A model generated the notes under the pieces. That model was not told the origin of the DNA, did no database searches, and was given only the letters and a program-made list of their open reading frames with translations. Source: a virus. From it: a stretch of DNA of 64,000 nt. The stretch covers positions 64,001 to 128,000 of the IMG/VR virus record IMGVR_UViG_3300001765_000030. One strand, 5' to 3'. Of this stretch, positions 9,677 through 18,771 are shown in pieces (position 1 is the stretch's first letter; every line of letters starts with the position of its first letter). A program made the translations under genes and the position numbers.

Positions 9677-9910
9677 TTAACCTCTTTCTTCGGTAGAGCT
9701 ATTATATCCTATTACGTATAGGATAAAAACGTCTATAGCTATTACTATAATTTTAACCCAAATTGGAGCTGGCATTACTAAGAAAAGTAATCCTCCCAAT
9801 GACATTAACCAAAACAATATAAATCCAAATATGGCAGCCAATGCTAGAGATGCTAGACATTGTCCTATTAAATCTCCAAAACCTTTAAGAATTGCTAAAA
9901 TAATCTTCAT
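9677..9910 (-). CDS. Small membrane protein
   Basis: Two long hydrophobic stretches. Confidence 0.7.
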   Translation of the reverse strand: MKIILAILKGFGDLIGQCLASLALAAIFGFILFWLMSLGGLLFLVMPAPIWVKIIVIAIDVFILYVIGYNSSTEERG

Positions 9911-9920
9911 AATTTTTTCC

Positions 9921-10418
9921 TTAAGAGGTTAATAAGATAACTTCAGACCAAAATCTTTTAGCACCCTCTGAACCATTAATATATAAGATGTCAATCTCTT
10001 CAAAAGACAAATTGATAACTCCTGTACGTGAGTGTTCAGTATCATCCAAAATTAATTCGCCATACTCGCGAAGTGTTTTAAGATAGTTTACAACTTTAGC
10101 ACAAATGTCAATTTTGGAATGCTCATCTCTGATAAAGTTGTAGAATCTATCAATTTTTGGGATTACTATCGATACATACTTCTCATCACCTTTGACGATA
10201 TGAATATCAGTCTCGCCAAGTCCTTCTCTTTTATAAAGAGGAATTTTTGCAATTAAGTTTTTAGCACCAAATGTTAAAGTTTCAAGTATCCCTGCACGTT
10301 TCGCATACGTATCAATATCCGGTCTATCCGGATGATGAAATTTTTCATGTATAGAACTATAATATTCATCCAAAGGATTCTTTTGTTCTATGGTCAAATA
10401 ACTAAATGGATTACACAT
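9921..10418 (-). CDS. Hypothetical protein
   Basis: AGGAG RBS. Confidence 0.7.
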   Translation of the reverse strand: MCNPFSYLTIEQKNPLDEYYSSIHEKFHHPDRPDIDTYAKRAGILETLTFGAKNLIAKIPLYKREGLGETDIHIVKGDEKYVSIVIPKIDRFYNFIRDEHSKIDICAKVVNYLKTLREYGELILDDTEHSRTGVINLSFEEIDILYINGSEGAKRFWSEVILLTS

Positions 10419-10659
10419 ATTTTATTTCTCCTAACGAAAATAGAGTTCTAATTGATGTTGAAGGACTCTCTTCGACAACATTTATTATATTATCGAAAGG
10501 AACCACTTCAGTATACTTCTTACTCATTATACCGCCTGTTATAGTCGAGTCTTCTTCATTAACAATTGTGACGTATAACGTTTTTACGTCACCCTCGCTA
10601 GAGTTTACATTGATTATATCTCCAGCATTATATTTCATTGCGAAAATTGTCCGTTTCAC
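10411..10659 (-). CDS. Hypothetical protein (start uncertain, alternative ATG 10638)
   Basis: ORF track; fills gap in operon. Confidence 0.55.
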   Translation of the reverse strand: MKRTIFAMKYNAGDIINVNSSEGDVKTLYVTIVNEEDSTITGGIMSKKYTEVVPFDNIINVVEESPSTSIRTLFSLGEIKYV

Positions 10660-11677
10660 CTCTAAGTTCCATCAACTTCTTATAATCTTCCGCATTCGGA
10701 AATTTTAGTCTATCATATTCTTCATGATTTTTCTCCGAAAAAACTTTGTCAAGATTATCTTTGCCGAATGGATTAATTGAAACTTTATCTGGACCTGGAC
10801 GATCTGTAAGTTTCAACAATAAATCAAGGTACTCATCGAAGAACCCTTCAGGATACCGTTCCAGTTCACCATACTTATCAATTCCTATTGTGGAATGATC
10901 ATTCAGCGCAAGATAATACCCATTAACCCCAAGATCTTTAATTGAATTCCTTACAGATAACAATTGTTCGATGGTTGTAATTTCGCCAATGTATTTATTC
11001 TTTGGGTTATACAATAGAGCATAACTCGAAGTTACAGGCGCTGGAACTACAACTACATCCGGAGTTGGGGTTGCATAGTTTTTAAGTTCAAGTTTACCCT
11101 CATACTTAGTATCACCAATGGAATGTAACACATACCCATCTTCCGTCGATCCGAAATCCATTCCGACAATTAAAGTTTGATCTTTTGAAGATTTACGAGC
11201 TGCTAATTGTTTGAATGCTAGAACTACATCCTCATCATATTTCTCGGTATCTGAGAATGATATGTCAATTTTCAATCCATTTGCAACTTCATCCTCTGTA
11301 CATTCAACTGTACCTGGAGCTTTTTCAGATACGACATGTAGTGATTCAGGATCAGCTTTCGGATCCAATTGCATCAACATTTCTACAATCGAACTGTCTC
11401 TCGAACTGGATACTCCGGCTCCGCTAATATCAACGCCAAGTGTACAATCTTTAACATCGCCAAGATCAATCATTCCAGGAATTGGATTATCTGGGTATTT
11501 TACAATGCGATATCGATATTTTGTATCATTAGTGAAAATTGGCATGGATCCGGAACCACCAAATAGTGTTGGAACATCATCCATCTTTTTCTGAGCGTAT
11601 AAGATTGCCTGTTCCTCATCTTCAGCCTCAATATTCATAATTTGTGGCTGAAAGTCAACTTTTACTTGAAAATTCAT
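10628..11677 (-). CDS. Hypothetical acidic protein, 349 aa
   Basis: AGGAG RBS; long ORF. Confidence 0.75.
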   Translation of the reverse strand: MNFQVKVDFQPQIMNIEAEDEEQAILYAQKKMDDVPTLFGGSGSMPIFTNDTKYRYRIVKYPDNPIPGMIDLGDVKDCTLGVDISGAGVSSSRDSSIVEMLMQLDPKADPESLHVVSEKAPGTVECTEDEVANGLKIDISFSDTEKYDEDVVLAFKQLAARKSSKDQTLIVGMDFGSTEDGYVLHSIGDTKYEGKLELKNYATPTPDVVVVPAPVTSSYALLYNPKNKYIGEITTIEQLLSVRNSIKDLGVNGYYLALNDHSTIGIDKYGELERYPEGFFDEYLDLLLKLTDRPGPDKVSINPFGKDNLDKVFSEKNHEEYDRLKFPNAEDYKKLMELRGETDNFRNEI

Positions 11678-11690
11678 TGTAAACTCCTAA

Positions 11691-12161
11691 TTAAATTCCG
11701 TTTTTACGACTCATTGCTTTTTGAGTAACTTCATTGATAAGTTTTTCAACGCTACTTCTAGTAATTTCAGACTTACCCGCTTGTACAGGCCATGAATCTA
11801 GAATTATAGAAGGTTCATTTATAACGATACCACGACCTCCGAAATTACTTTCGCCAACTTTCCCCATTACAATTCTTGCGATATAATTAGGATTATTGTT
11901 AATTTTTCGTACAAGTTCCATGAGCATATTTTCATAATACACTTTTTGGAAAGCGTTATGGTGTAATGGTTTATACGACTGCCTTGGAAATTGAATAATT
12001 TTATTATTAGCTTCGAGATTACTAAGAAAATCTTCAAAAACCTTCTCAAGATTCGATACTGTTTTACGACCCATTTGAGTAACCTTCGCTGCAGTATCTG
12101 GATCATATGCCGCATAATATTCATTATAACTTGGCGATAAATACATATTCATTGGATTCAT
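11691..12161 (-). CDS. Hypothetical protein
   Basis: AGGAG RBS. Confidence 0.7.
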   Translation of the reverse strand: MNPMNMYLSPSYNEYYAAYDPDTAAKVTQMGRKTVSNLEKVFEDFLSNLEANNKIIQFPRQSYKPLHHNAFQKVYYENMLMELVRKINNNPNYIARIVMGKVGESNFGGRGIVINEPSIILDSWPVQAGKSEITRSSVEKLINEVTQKAMSRKNGI

Positions 12162-12172
12162 CTATAACTCCT

Positions 12173-12538
12173 TTACCAAACATCTTCACTAAATAAATGA
12201 TCAGTTTCTTCTACAAGTTGACCTGAATCCCAAGCAATTTTTGCAGCTTCTTCTCTTGTAACAAAATTGTGTTTATTTGTAATAAACCCTTGAATTTTAT
12301 TGTTGAAATCACTCATACGTTTACCAGTTAGTAAACATATTGTAACTATACAATTACAATGCCTTAAACCTGTTACAACTATTCCCTCTTTAACGTTCCA
12401 AGGTTGTTGAGGAAGTGTAATATCTTCTTCGTCCGATCTAAAATCTTTTAACCAAATAGCTGAACAGATAACTTTTTCGACGACATCATCGTTTAAGAAT
12501 CTTCTTCTATTGACCGGAACGTGAGAATAATCTTTCAT
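12173..12538 (-). CDS. Conserved phage hypothetical protein
   Basis: ICSAIW...GLRH...QGFITN...FVTREEA...LFSEDVW pattern I recognise from many phage ORFs; GGAG RBS. Confidence 0.75.
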   Translation of the reverse strand: MKDYSHVPVNRRRFLNDDVVEKVICSAIWLKDFRSDEEDITLPQQPWNVKEGIVVTGLRHCNCIVTICLLTGKRMSDFNNKIQGFITNKHNFVTREEAAKIAWDSGQLVEETDHLFSEDVW

Positions 12539-12564
12539 ATAATCTCCATTTTCAATTGTTATAC

Positions 12565-12582
12565 CATTATTTAATATATAGT
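12565..12582 (-). promoter_or_regulatory. Putative early promoter
   Basis: CATTATTTTAATATATAG on plus strand. Confidence 0.55.
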
Positions 12583-12647
12583 CATGTGTTTACATTGAAT
12601 TTGCAAAACATTCTAATAGATGTCATGGTTTAATAGGAGTTAAATTG

Positions 12648-12818
12648 ATGAAGGTAGCTTTAGACACTAGATGCAAATGTGGATGTAACAGGGTTGTTGT
12701 GAGAGTAGTTGTTAAAGGAAGTGAAGAACACAAACAACTCATTGAAGATAAAGTTATAGTTCCAAAACGTAAACGAATCACAGAAAAATCTTATCGTGAA
12801 TTAGACTTAAATTTATAA
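12648..12818 (+). CDS. Small protein, 56 aa (MKVALDTRCKCGC...), not in ORF track
   Basis: AGGAG RBS; AACA-N6-TA at 12607-12618; ends at bidirectional hairpin. Confidence 0.6.
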   Translation: MKVALDTRCKCGCNRVVVRVVVKGSEEHKQLIEDKVIVPKRKRITEKSYRELDLNL

Positions 12819-12830
12819 ATAAAATAATGA

Positions 12831-12856
12831 TTAAGTGGGGAAATATCCCCACTTAA
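12831..12856. terminator. Bidirectional terminator
   Basis: TTAAGTGGGG-aaatat-CCCCACTTAA between convergent genes. Confidence 0.85.
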
Positions 12857-12862
12857 AGTTAT

Positions 12863-13375
12863 TTAAAAATCACCATCTCGAACTTGTAAGACTTTATAAC
12901 CTTTATCGCGGAAATGTTTAACCATAACATTTCTATCTTCGAGGATAAACAATGTATTATTTACATTGATACCGTTATCATCCATTAATTTGGTTTTAAC
13001 TTCAGTATCGTGTATTTCACCAAGAGTATCGTCAGGTCTCATTAACAATTTATACTCTGAAATTTTTACATTATTTCCAAGCCATTCTACAGTGATATCT
13101 CTAACACTTTCTGGACGACCTGTGCAAAATACTGTTACGATTTTGAGGTTTTTATCGAGAGTTTCTACAAGCGCGATTGTTTCAGCAATCGGAGTGTCTT
13201 CTCCACATCTCTTAAAGAACTGATCATAATCTTTAGGTTCTTCTTCAATACATTTCAATCTATTTCCTAGTTCGGCAATAGTTCCATCGATATCAACTAT
13301 CATATATAGTTGATTTTCATTACTCTCTCCGAACAATTCGCCAATTGCATCCTCTAACGATTTGTCATTGCTCAT
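12863..13375 (-). CDS. HAD-family phosphatase (PNK 3'-phosphatase-like)
   Basis: IVDIDGT, TGRPE, LLMRP, K, LEDR motifs. Confidence 0.9.
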   Translation of the reverse strand: MSNDKSLEDAIGELFGESNENQLYMIVDIDGTIAELGNRLKCIEEEPKDYDQFFKRCGEDTPIAETIALVETLDKNLKIVTVFCTGRPESVRDITVEWLGNNVKISEYKLLMRPDDTLGEIHDTEVKTKLMDDNGINVNNTLFILEDRNVMVKHFRDKGYKVLQVRDGDF

Positions 13376-13414
13376 TATATCCTCCGATTATAGTTTATCA
13401 ATAAAATGTCCAAA

Positions 13415-13438
13415 AAAAGTGGGAGTTATCCCACTTTT
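13415..13438 (-). terminator. Intrinsic terminator
   Basis: AAAAGTGGGA-gtta-TCCCACTTTT. Confidence 0.85.
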
Positions 13439-13746
13439 CAATTTTTAAATTTTACAACCTTAACTTTGAAGTATTTTTCTTTACCAATCTTTATAAAGTT
13501 CCGAATGTGATCAATAGATATGAAGCACCCGGCTTCAATTTCTACTGAAGCGGCTCTTACCACAATAGATCTATCTATATCTTCAAGATGTGTAAGAATT
13601 TTAACATCTTCAACAACTTTTGGTTCCGGCGATTCGGAGTTGATAAACATCATCGCTGTATCGGCTCTAAGATATAATCCCTCACCTACAGTAAGTTTAT
13701 AACCACCTTTTGGGTTATACTTTGAATAAATGTCAGTCGCAGTCAT
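13438..13746 (-). CDS. Hypothetical protein
   Basis: GAGG RBS; early motif upstream. Confidence 0.7.
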   Translation of the reverse strand: MTATDIYSKYNPKGGYKLTVGEGLYLRADTAMMFINSESPEPKVVEDVKILTHLEDIDRSIVVRAASVEIEAGCFISIDHIRNFIKIGKEKYFKVKVVKFKN

Positions 13747-13798
13747 TTTAAACCTCTTTGTTAATATAATTAAGATAGTAAATATTCATATATCTATC

Positions 13799-13815
13799 CA
13801 ATATTAAATATATAT
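13799..13815 (-). promoter_or_regulatory. Putative early promoter
   Basis: CAATATTAAATATATAT on plus strand. Confidence 0.5.
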
Positions 13816-13869
13816 TCTAATACTATTTTCATTAATGATTAAACATATTAATACATCAAGGAGAGTGTT

Positions 13870-14016
13870 ATGACGTACCCGTTCAAACTTATTGAAAATG
13901 ATCCAGACTATGAAATCGAGCAACTACATAAGACTAATGTAGTTGTAAATCTGTATGAAAAGATCGTCGAAAGAATGAAAAAAGTTATATCAAAACGTAA
14001 GCAGGGGAATAAATAA
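13870..14016 (+). CDS. Small protein, 48 aa (MTYPFKLIEND...), not in ORF track
   Basis: AAGGAG RBS; TAATG overlap with next gene; AACA-N6-TA at 13842-13853. Confidence 0.7.
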   Translation: MTYPFKLIENDPDYEIEQLHKTNVVVNLYEKIVERMKKVISKRKQGNK

Positions 14017-14381
14017 TGAGTTCATCATTTGGTAAAGATTATGTTAATAGTGATCCGGAAATGAGTCGTCTCAATAATTTGCAAAAGATTGCACAACTTA
14101 CTGATCATCCTGAAAGAAGATTTCCATTTGAACACAATTACTTTGAAAATCGTGATTGTATATTCTTCCCATGTCATAGCGTAGATATTGAAAAACATGG
14201 ATTCAATTGTTTATTTTGTACATGCCCGTATTATTACAAAGCAACATGTCCTGGCATTGATGCTGGAGATGCCGTAATTCTTGAGAATGGAGCTAAAGAT
14301 TGTACAAATTGTAGCTACAATCATTGTCATGAAAATCGTATCGAAATGTCATTGGTACACTTATCTAAATCTGAGATGTAA
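14016..14381 (+). CDS. Cysteine-rich small domain (zf-like) protein
   Basis: NRDCIFFPCH...FNCLFCTCPYY...C...G.KDCTNC..H signature. Confidence 0.85.
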   Translation: MSSSFGKDYVNSDPEMSRLNNLQKIAQLTDHPERRFPFEHNYFENRDCIFFPCHSVDIEKHGFNCLFCTCPYYYKATCPGIDAGDAVILENGAKDCTNCSYNHCHENRIEMSLVHLSKSEM

Positions 14382-14383
14382 CT

Positions 14384-14896
14384 ATGTCTCCAAAATTCTT
14401 ACATTTAAGCGATTATTCTAGATCTCCACAATATCAATATTATTCTTCGAATATTAAAGATCATTTGGAAGGTCACGTTAAAGAGTTCTATCCGGATTTC
14501 ACTGAATTCATATCCAAAGTTGTTGAGCATAAAATATTGGTTGATAAAACGCATGATATAATCTTCTTCCCAGGATCGTGTTATGCAGTGGTTAACATGA
14601 AAAAGTTTAAGATAAACACTTTTGTTTGTCTTAAAAAAGGTATTGGACATATGTTATTCGGGTATGTAGTTAATTATATGCGAGATATAATGTATAGTAC
14701 CGTAGGTTCTATTCCAAAAGGGATAGAACTTCATGTTTCGGATGATAATCACGATTCGTTCAAACCTTTACTACGACGACACAAATTTGAATTAACAGAA
14801 GTTAAAAATGGTCTATATAGAGAAGGTGTTAATGAACACTTCTATTTTAGATCATTCATACACGATTTAAATAAGGAATCTTCTAAATGGGTATGA
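14384..14896 (+). CDS. GNAT-like acetyltransferase
   Basis: KINTF...KKGIGHMLF (motif A-like), LHVS..N...F..L...F...GLYREG..E. Confidence 0.6.
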   Translation: MSPKFLHLSDYSRSPQYQYYSSNIKDHLEGHVKEFYPDFTEFISKVVEHKILVDKTHDIIFFPGSCYAVVNMKKFKINTFVCLKKGIGHMLFGYVVNYMRDIMYSTVGSIPKGIELHVSDDNHDSFKPLLRRHKFELTEVKNGLYREGVNEHFYFRSFIHDLNKESSKWV

Positions 14897-15042
14897 GTGC
14901 TGTAGAGTGCGGAGAACACTTCAATAAAACTGGTAAAATTCCACCTGTAAACCTTGTTACTTGGGTTAGCGTTTACAGTATAATTACTTCATGTGGTATA
15001 GTTCCCCCATGTAATAGTATTGTTGAAGGTGGAGACGCATAA
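14887..15042 (+). CDS. Small protein, 51 aa (MGMSAVECGEHF...), not in ORF track
   Basis: AAGGA RBS; overlaps GNAT stop; ends at terminator. Confidence 0.55.
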   Translation: MGMSAVECGEHFNKTGKIPPVNLVTWVSVYSIITSCGIVPPCNSIVEGGDA

Positions 15043-15050
15043 ATAAAAAA

Positions 15051-15077
15051 AAATAGGAGGGATATTCCCTCCTATTT
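15051..15077. terminator. Bidirectional terminator
   Basis: AAATAGGAGGGA-tat-TCCCTCCTATTT. Confidence 0.85.
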
Positions 15078-15083
15078 AAAATT

Positions 15084-15215
15084 TTACCATGCAATGATTT
15101 TACTATCAACAACGCGATGTCTTTCGATTACTTCAACGAGTGCACCATTCATGTTGAATTCTTCAAGGGTTTCCCCAAATCTGTCATATAATCTGTCTGA
15201 GATTTCCGATATCAT
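15084..15215 (-). CDS. Possible small protein (MISEISDRLYDRF...)
   Basis: Fills gap to terminator; weak RBS. Confidence 0.35.
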   Translation of the reverse strand: MISEISDRLYDRFGETLEEFNMNGALVEVIERHRVVDSKIIAW

Positions 15216-15477
15216 AGTCCGCTTCCGCCCGCAAGTTCCAAAGAGTGAAATCAATTTTATCATCACGCTCTTCGAACCATATCAACACATCTGCGGTTGG
15301 GACAACTTTCCCACTATCATTTTTCACGAATACTGCAATCGCCGATACTTGCACATCTTCCTCGATTTTGATACCGACTCGATAATCCTTCTTCACAACG
15401 ATCTCTGGTTTTTTGATTCCGAATTTCATAAACATCTCCCTTAAAAGTTTAATTGTTAGTATAGATATACTTTCCAT
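15184..15477 (-). CDS. Hypothetical protein
   Basis: ORF track; early motif directly upstream. Confidence 0.6.
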   Translation of the reverse strand: MESISILTIKLLREMFMKFGIKKPEIVVKKDYRVGIKIEEDVQVSAIAVFVKNDSGKVVPTADVLIWFEERDDKIDFTLWNLRAEADYDIGNLRQII

Positions 15478-15479
15478 AC

Positions 15480-15496
15480 CATAATGTTATATATAC
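15480..15496 (-). promoter_or_regulatory. Putative early promoter
   Basis: CATAATGTTATATATAC on plus strand. Confidence 0.55.
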
Positions 15497-15515
15497 TCAT
15501 ATTTGTTATTAAAGA

Positions 15516-15528
15516 AACATTGTAATGT
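15516..15528 (+). promoter_or_regulatory. Putative late (non-virion RNAP) promoter
   Basis: AACA-ttgtaa-TGT. Confidence 0.7.
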
Positions 15529-15549
15529 ATAATTACTAAGGAGTACTAT

Positions 15550-16533
15550 ATGGAATGGACTGATACAATTTCATTAGAAAACGATATGGAAGAACTTTTC
15601 GAAGAGAAATCTATCGATTCTGAAGAACTTGATGAAAACGTTAACATTATTCAAATGTCAGAAGAATTTTGGAAATCGTATTATGGTTTGGAAAGCCTTT
15701 TTGGATTTGAGAATTATCTTGATCCAAATAAAGTTTCAGAAGAGGGATTCCTTGATGCAGCTAAAGCATTCTTGGTAAATATTTTACATATGATTCCATA
15801 CTTGGTTGCAGTTCGTCGAATTGCTGATCTCATCTTGAACTTTGAAGAGGCTATCAAAGATGTAAATAGACCTTACATCTATTTCAGACGTGCAAATACA
15901 AGTCTTGTTGAAAAGATCGTTGACGAAATCTTTAAAGATAAAGCTAACACTGATAGATATAATATCATTGGTGTTTATCTTAATGGAAACGTTGGTGAAG
16001 CTATTGAAGGAATGAAGGTTTCATACAAGAAAGTTGAAGCACTTTTCAAATCTTTCAAATCTAGAGTTAGTAGCGGAAATATTTCGGAAATCATATCTGA
16101 TATCAAAGAATGCTCTAAAGAATTGGAAACAATTACTTCAGAGTATAATGAAGATGTTAAGAATACCGAAAAAGGTAAGCATAAACATAAGAATACTATC
16201 GTTGAGATTCTCAAATGGCCTGATACATATATGTATCAGATCAACAGTATTAATGGACTTATGAGAACTAATATTTTCAAAAAAGGTCTTGAAAACGCTA
16301 TCAAACTTGATTCAAAATATGATGGCGATAAGAATGCGAATGAAGCTGTAAAAGGTCTTATCAAACTTGTAAAAGATTATCTTGCACTGTACAAACGTGT
16401 TCAGAAAGATATCGAAAGAACTACCGACCTTGTAAAAGAGATCTATCAACACGTTGATTCTCAGTACAAACGTCGTGCTTCTATCTTTGCAGGTCTTGGT
16501 ATCAACCATCATGTTGATAAATCCGAAGATTAG
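15550..16533 (+). CDS. Putative internal head protein with acidic propeptide
   Basis: SLE, SEE, GLES, SEEG motifs in acidic N-terminus, then helical basic domain; late promoter. Confidence 0.6.
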   Translation: MEWTDTISLENDMEELFEEKSIDSEELDENVNIIQMSEEFWKSYYGLESLFGFENYLDPNKVSEEGFLDAAKAFLVNILHMIPYLVAVRRIADLILNFEEAIKDVNRPYIYFRRANTSLVEKIVDEIFKDKANTDRYNIIGVYLNGNVGEAIEGMKVSYKKVEALFKSFKSRVSSGNISEIISDIKECSKELETITSEYNEDVKNTEKGKHKHKNTIVEILKWPDTYMYQINSINGLMRTNIFKKGLENAIKLDSKYDGDKNANEAVKGLIKLVKDYLALYKRVQKDIERTTDLVKEIYQHVDSQYKRRASIFAGLGINHHVDKSED

Positions 16534-16542
16534 TATTTATAG

Positions 16543-16570
16543 TTTAGTATGGGAGAAATCCCATACTAAA
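16543..16570 (+). terminator. Intrinsic terminator
   Basis: TTTAGTATGGGA-gaaa-TCCCATACTAAA followed by T-rich tract. Confidence 0.85.
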
Positions 16571-16584
16571 TTCTTTTCTTTATG

Positions 16585-16597
16585 GACATCATATTGT
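16585..16597 (+). promoter_or_regulatory. Putative late promoter (GACA variant)
   Basis: GACA-tcatat-TGT. Confidence 0.5.
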
Positions 16598-16626
16598 AGA
16601 AATTTTAATCTGAATAAGGCGGTTAT

Positions 16627-18771
16627 ATGGATCTTGATAGAAATCCTAAGACTAGTAACAACCTGAGAGAGTTTGCATTAACAGGGTTTTTCAATACCTA
16701 TGACTTCAACATCTCTCAGATTTTGCAGAATTATGTTAAAGAATACACTGAGTTGCTAACCAAAGTTCTCAGCGATGAACGTGGTAACAGTGTCAATGAT
16801 GCGGATTATGATGAACTTCTCAAAACATTCTCTTCAAGTTATAATACACTTAGAAGATCTTATGGTTTGAAAGCTGGATCAATTATTCAACCAATTGACG
16901 CATCTACCAACAATGTAAAACTTACTGCGGATTCTGTAATCCCTGGATTCGATGCGATTAAACATTTTTATCGTCTTGATGACAATGTTAGACATCCTAA
17001 GAAGGGTGAAAACGTTTTCACTACACTTCTTAAACGTTTTAAAGCTGTTGAGTTCAGTGATAGCGAATCTGATAAGTTTTCTACAATCCGTCGTGAAATT
17101 GATTGTGAAATCGATGATACACTGATACCACTTTCATACTGTATCCCGATGGCTCGTACAGCTCTTGATAAACCTGAAGATGTTGAGACTCTCAACAAAT
17201 CTGACATTATCAATGTGTACACCCATATCGATAAAGATGATATGTATAGAATCATAACTATCCATGTTTGGAATAAACTCCAAGGCGAAGCACTTAAGAG
17301 TCTTGACACTTCAACGTTTAGAACTCTGTTCAGATCTGTTGTAGGTGAGGTTCTCAGTTATATTTCATCAAGAACTTTCTTGACTGAAATGATGGATAGT
17401 TTCGTTATCAGTACGAAGTTTGCGACATCTATCTTTGTAAGTACCATTGGAAGTTTGAATAAATATTATTCGAACGTATCTTTCAAAGGAACTCGTCAAT
17501 ACGTTGCCGATAAGATGAGATTCTTCGCTAAGAATAGCCCTCTGTATCAGGCTGGTTGGTCAGAAGATCCTAGAACTTCTCAATATGCTGCATCAAGAAC
17601 TTATGCTGGAGTATTGACTGGATCACGTAGTATGGATTTCGTATTCAACTCTATGATTTCAGATATCATGACAAAGAATATCTTTGTTGCTCCTAAAGAT
17701 CAAGATGACGCGATGTTGGAATTCCTTGTGTCGAATTCTATTGTATTCATGGTGTCATTGGCATCAGTGTCTATCGGCAGTAAAGATTTCAACGCTGGAA
17801 TTGAAAACCTCGTTGGAATTCCAAGTCGTTGTTTCGATGGCGATCGAACTCATGATAGTTATGAGATTAATAGAATTTTTGAATATCTCGAAAGTGTAGC
17901 ACCTGATTACACTAAAGTTATCGATGAATTCTACCAATCAGTTGCAGCTATCATTTCCGGATCATTTACTCTTAAATATGTATTTGACATCAAAGATCGT
18001 CTTTACAAATCTAAGAATATCTCTGTAAAAGACTATGAATTTGTCAAAGATATTATGAGATCCGGAGTTAATGGTGTTGAACAAGGTGAACGATATTTGT
18101 ATAGCGTTCAGAAAGACACATTTATCTCAGCTTCTGATAGTAAATGTTGTACTCCTGCAACCGATGGTCCTCGTGAGTGGGACAATGAAAGCGAAGATGA
18201 TAGACAGGGAGATATTAAAGATATCGTAAATAAAAGCGGCCTCTTTGATAAATTCATGAATATTCGTGGACGTATCACAGGTATGGGTACAGTTTACCGT
18301 CTTGTTCGCTACATTGCTTCTATTACAAGTAAGATGTATAGTATGCGTAATGATATGGAAAACAAACTCAACGTTCGTGGTGGACCTAAAACTTCATACG
18401 AATCCGAAGATACTGAAGATCTCAAACAAGGTGGATGGGCATTTGGAAACATTTTCTCTAAGACCTCTCAGAATATGATTTCTCTGTTTATGAGTGATAC
18501 AAAACTCGGAGTAGACATTAAACCATATTGTGATAAGTTGATTTCTGATGCGAAATTTGCTGCTGAGTCTGAAGATGAAGAAGCTCTTGCTGAAGCATAT
18601 AAAGGATCTATTAAACTTTCAATGGTTGTAGATACTGGTAATCTGACTGAAGATGAAGCTGAGGTTGCTCAGACTACTATTAGTAAAATTTCCGATATTA
18701 TCGAGAGTGCTGAAATCTCTTCGAATAATGGCGATTTTAAAATTAGTGTTGGTGAAGAAAATTTTCAGTAG
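16627..18771 (+). CDS. Putative virion protein, 714 aa (916 aa if -1 frameshifted)
   Basis: Long ORF in late module; AAGG RBS; no recognisable family. Confidence 0.75.
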   Translation: MDLDRNPKTSNNLREFALTGFFNTYDFNISQILQNYVKEYTELLTKVLSDERGNSVNDADYDELLKTFSSSYNTLRRSYGLKAGSIIQPIDASTNNVKLTADSVIPGFDAIKHFYRLDDNVRHPKKGENVFTTLLKRFKAVEFSDSESDKFSTIRREIDCEIDDTLIPLSYCIPMARTALDKPEDVETLNKSDIINVYTHIDKDDMYRIITIHVWNKLQGEALKSLDTSTFRTLFRSVVGEVLSYISSRTFLTEMMDSFVISTKFATSIFVSTIGSLNKYYSNVSFKGTRQYVADKMRFFAKNSPLYQAGWSEDPRTSQYAASRTYAGVLTGSRSMDFVFNSMISDIMTKNIFVAPKDQDDAMLEFLVSNSIVFMVSLASVSIGSKDFNAGIENLVGIPSRCFDGDRTHDSYEINRIFEYLESVAPDYTKVIDEFYQSVAAIISGSFTLKYVFDIKDRLYKSKNISVKDYEFVKDIMRSGVNGVEQGERYLYSVQKDTFISASDSKCCTPATDGPREWDNESEDDRQGDIKDIVNKSGLFDKFMNIRGRITGMGTVYRLVRYIASITSKMYSMRNDMENKLNVRGGPKTSYESEDTEDLKQGGWAFGNIFSKTSQNMISLFMSDTKLGVDIKPYCDKLISDAKFAAESEDEEALAEAYKGSIKLSMVVDTGNLTEDEAEVAQTTISKISDIIESAEISSNNGDFKISVGEENFQ

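Noticed and set aside
9677-9910. Small two-TM protein as a holin
   Set aside because: It sits among early orphans, far from both lysins, with no late promoter
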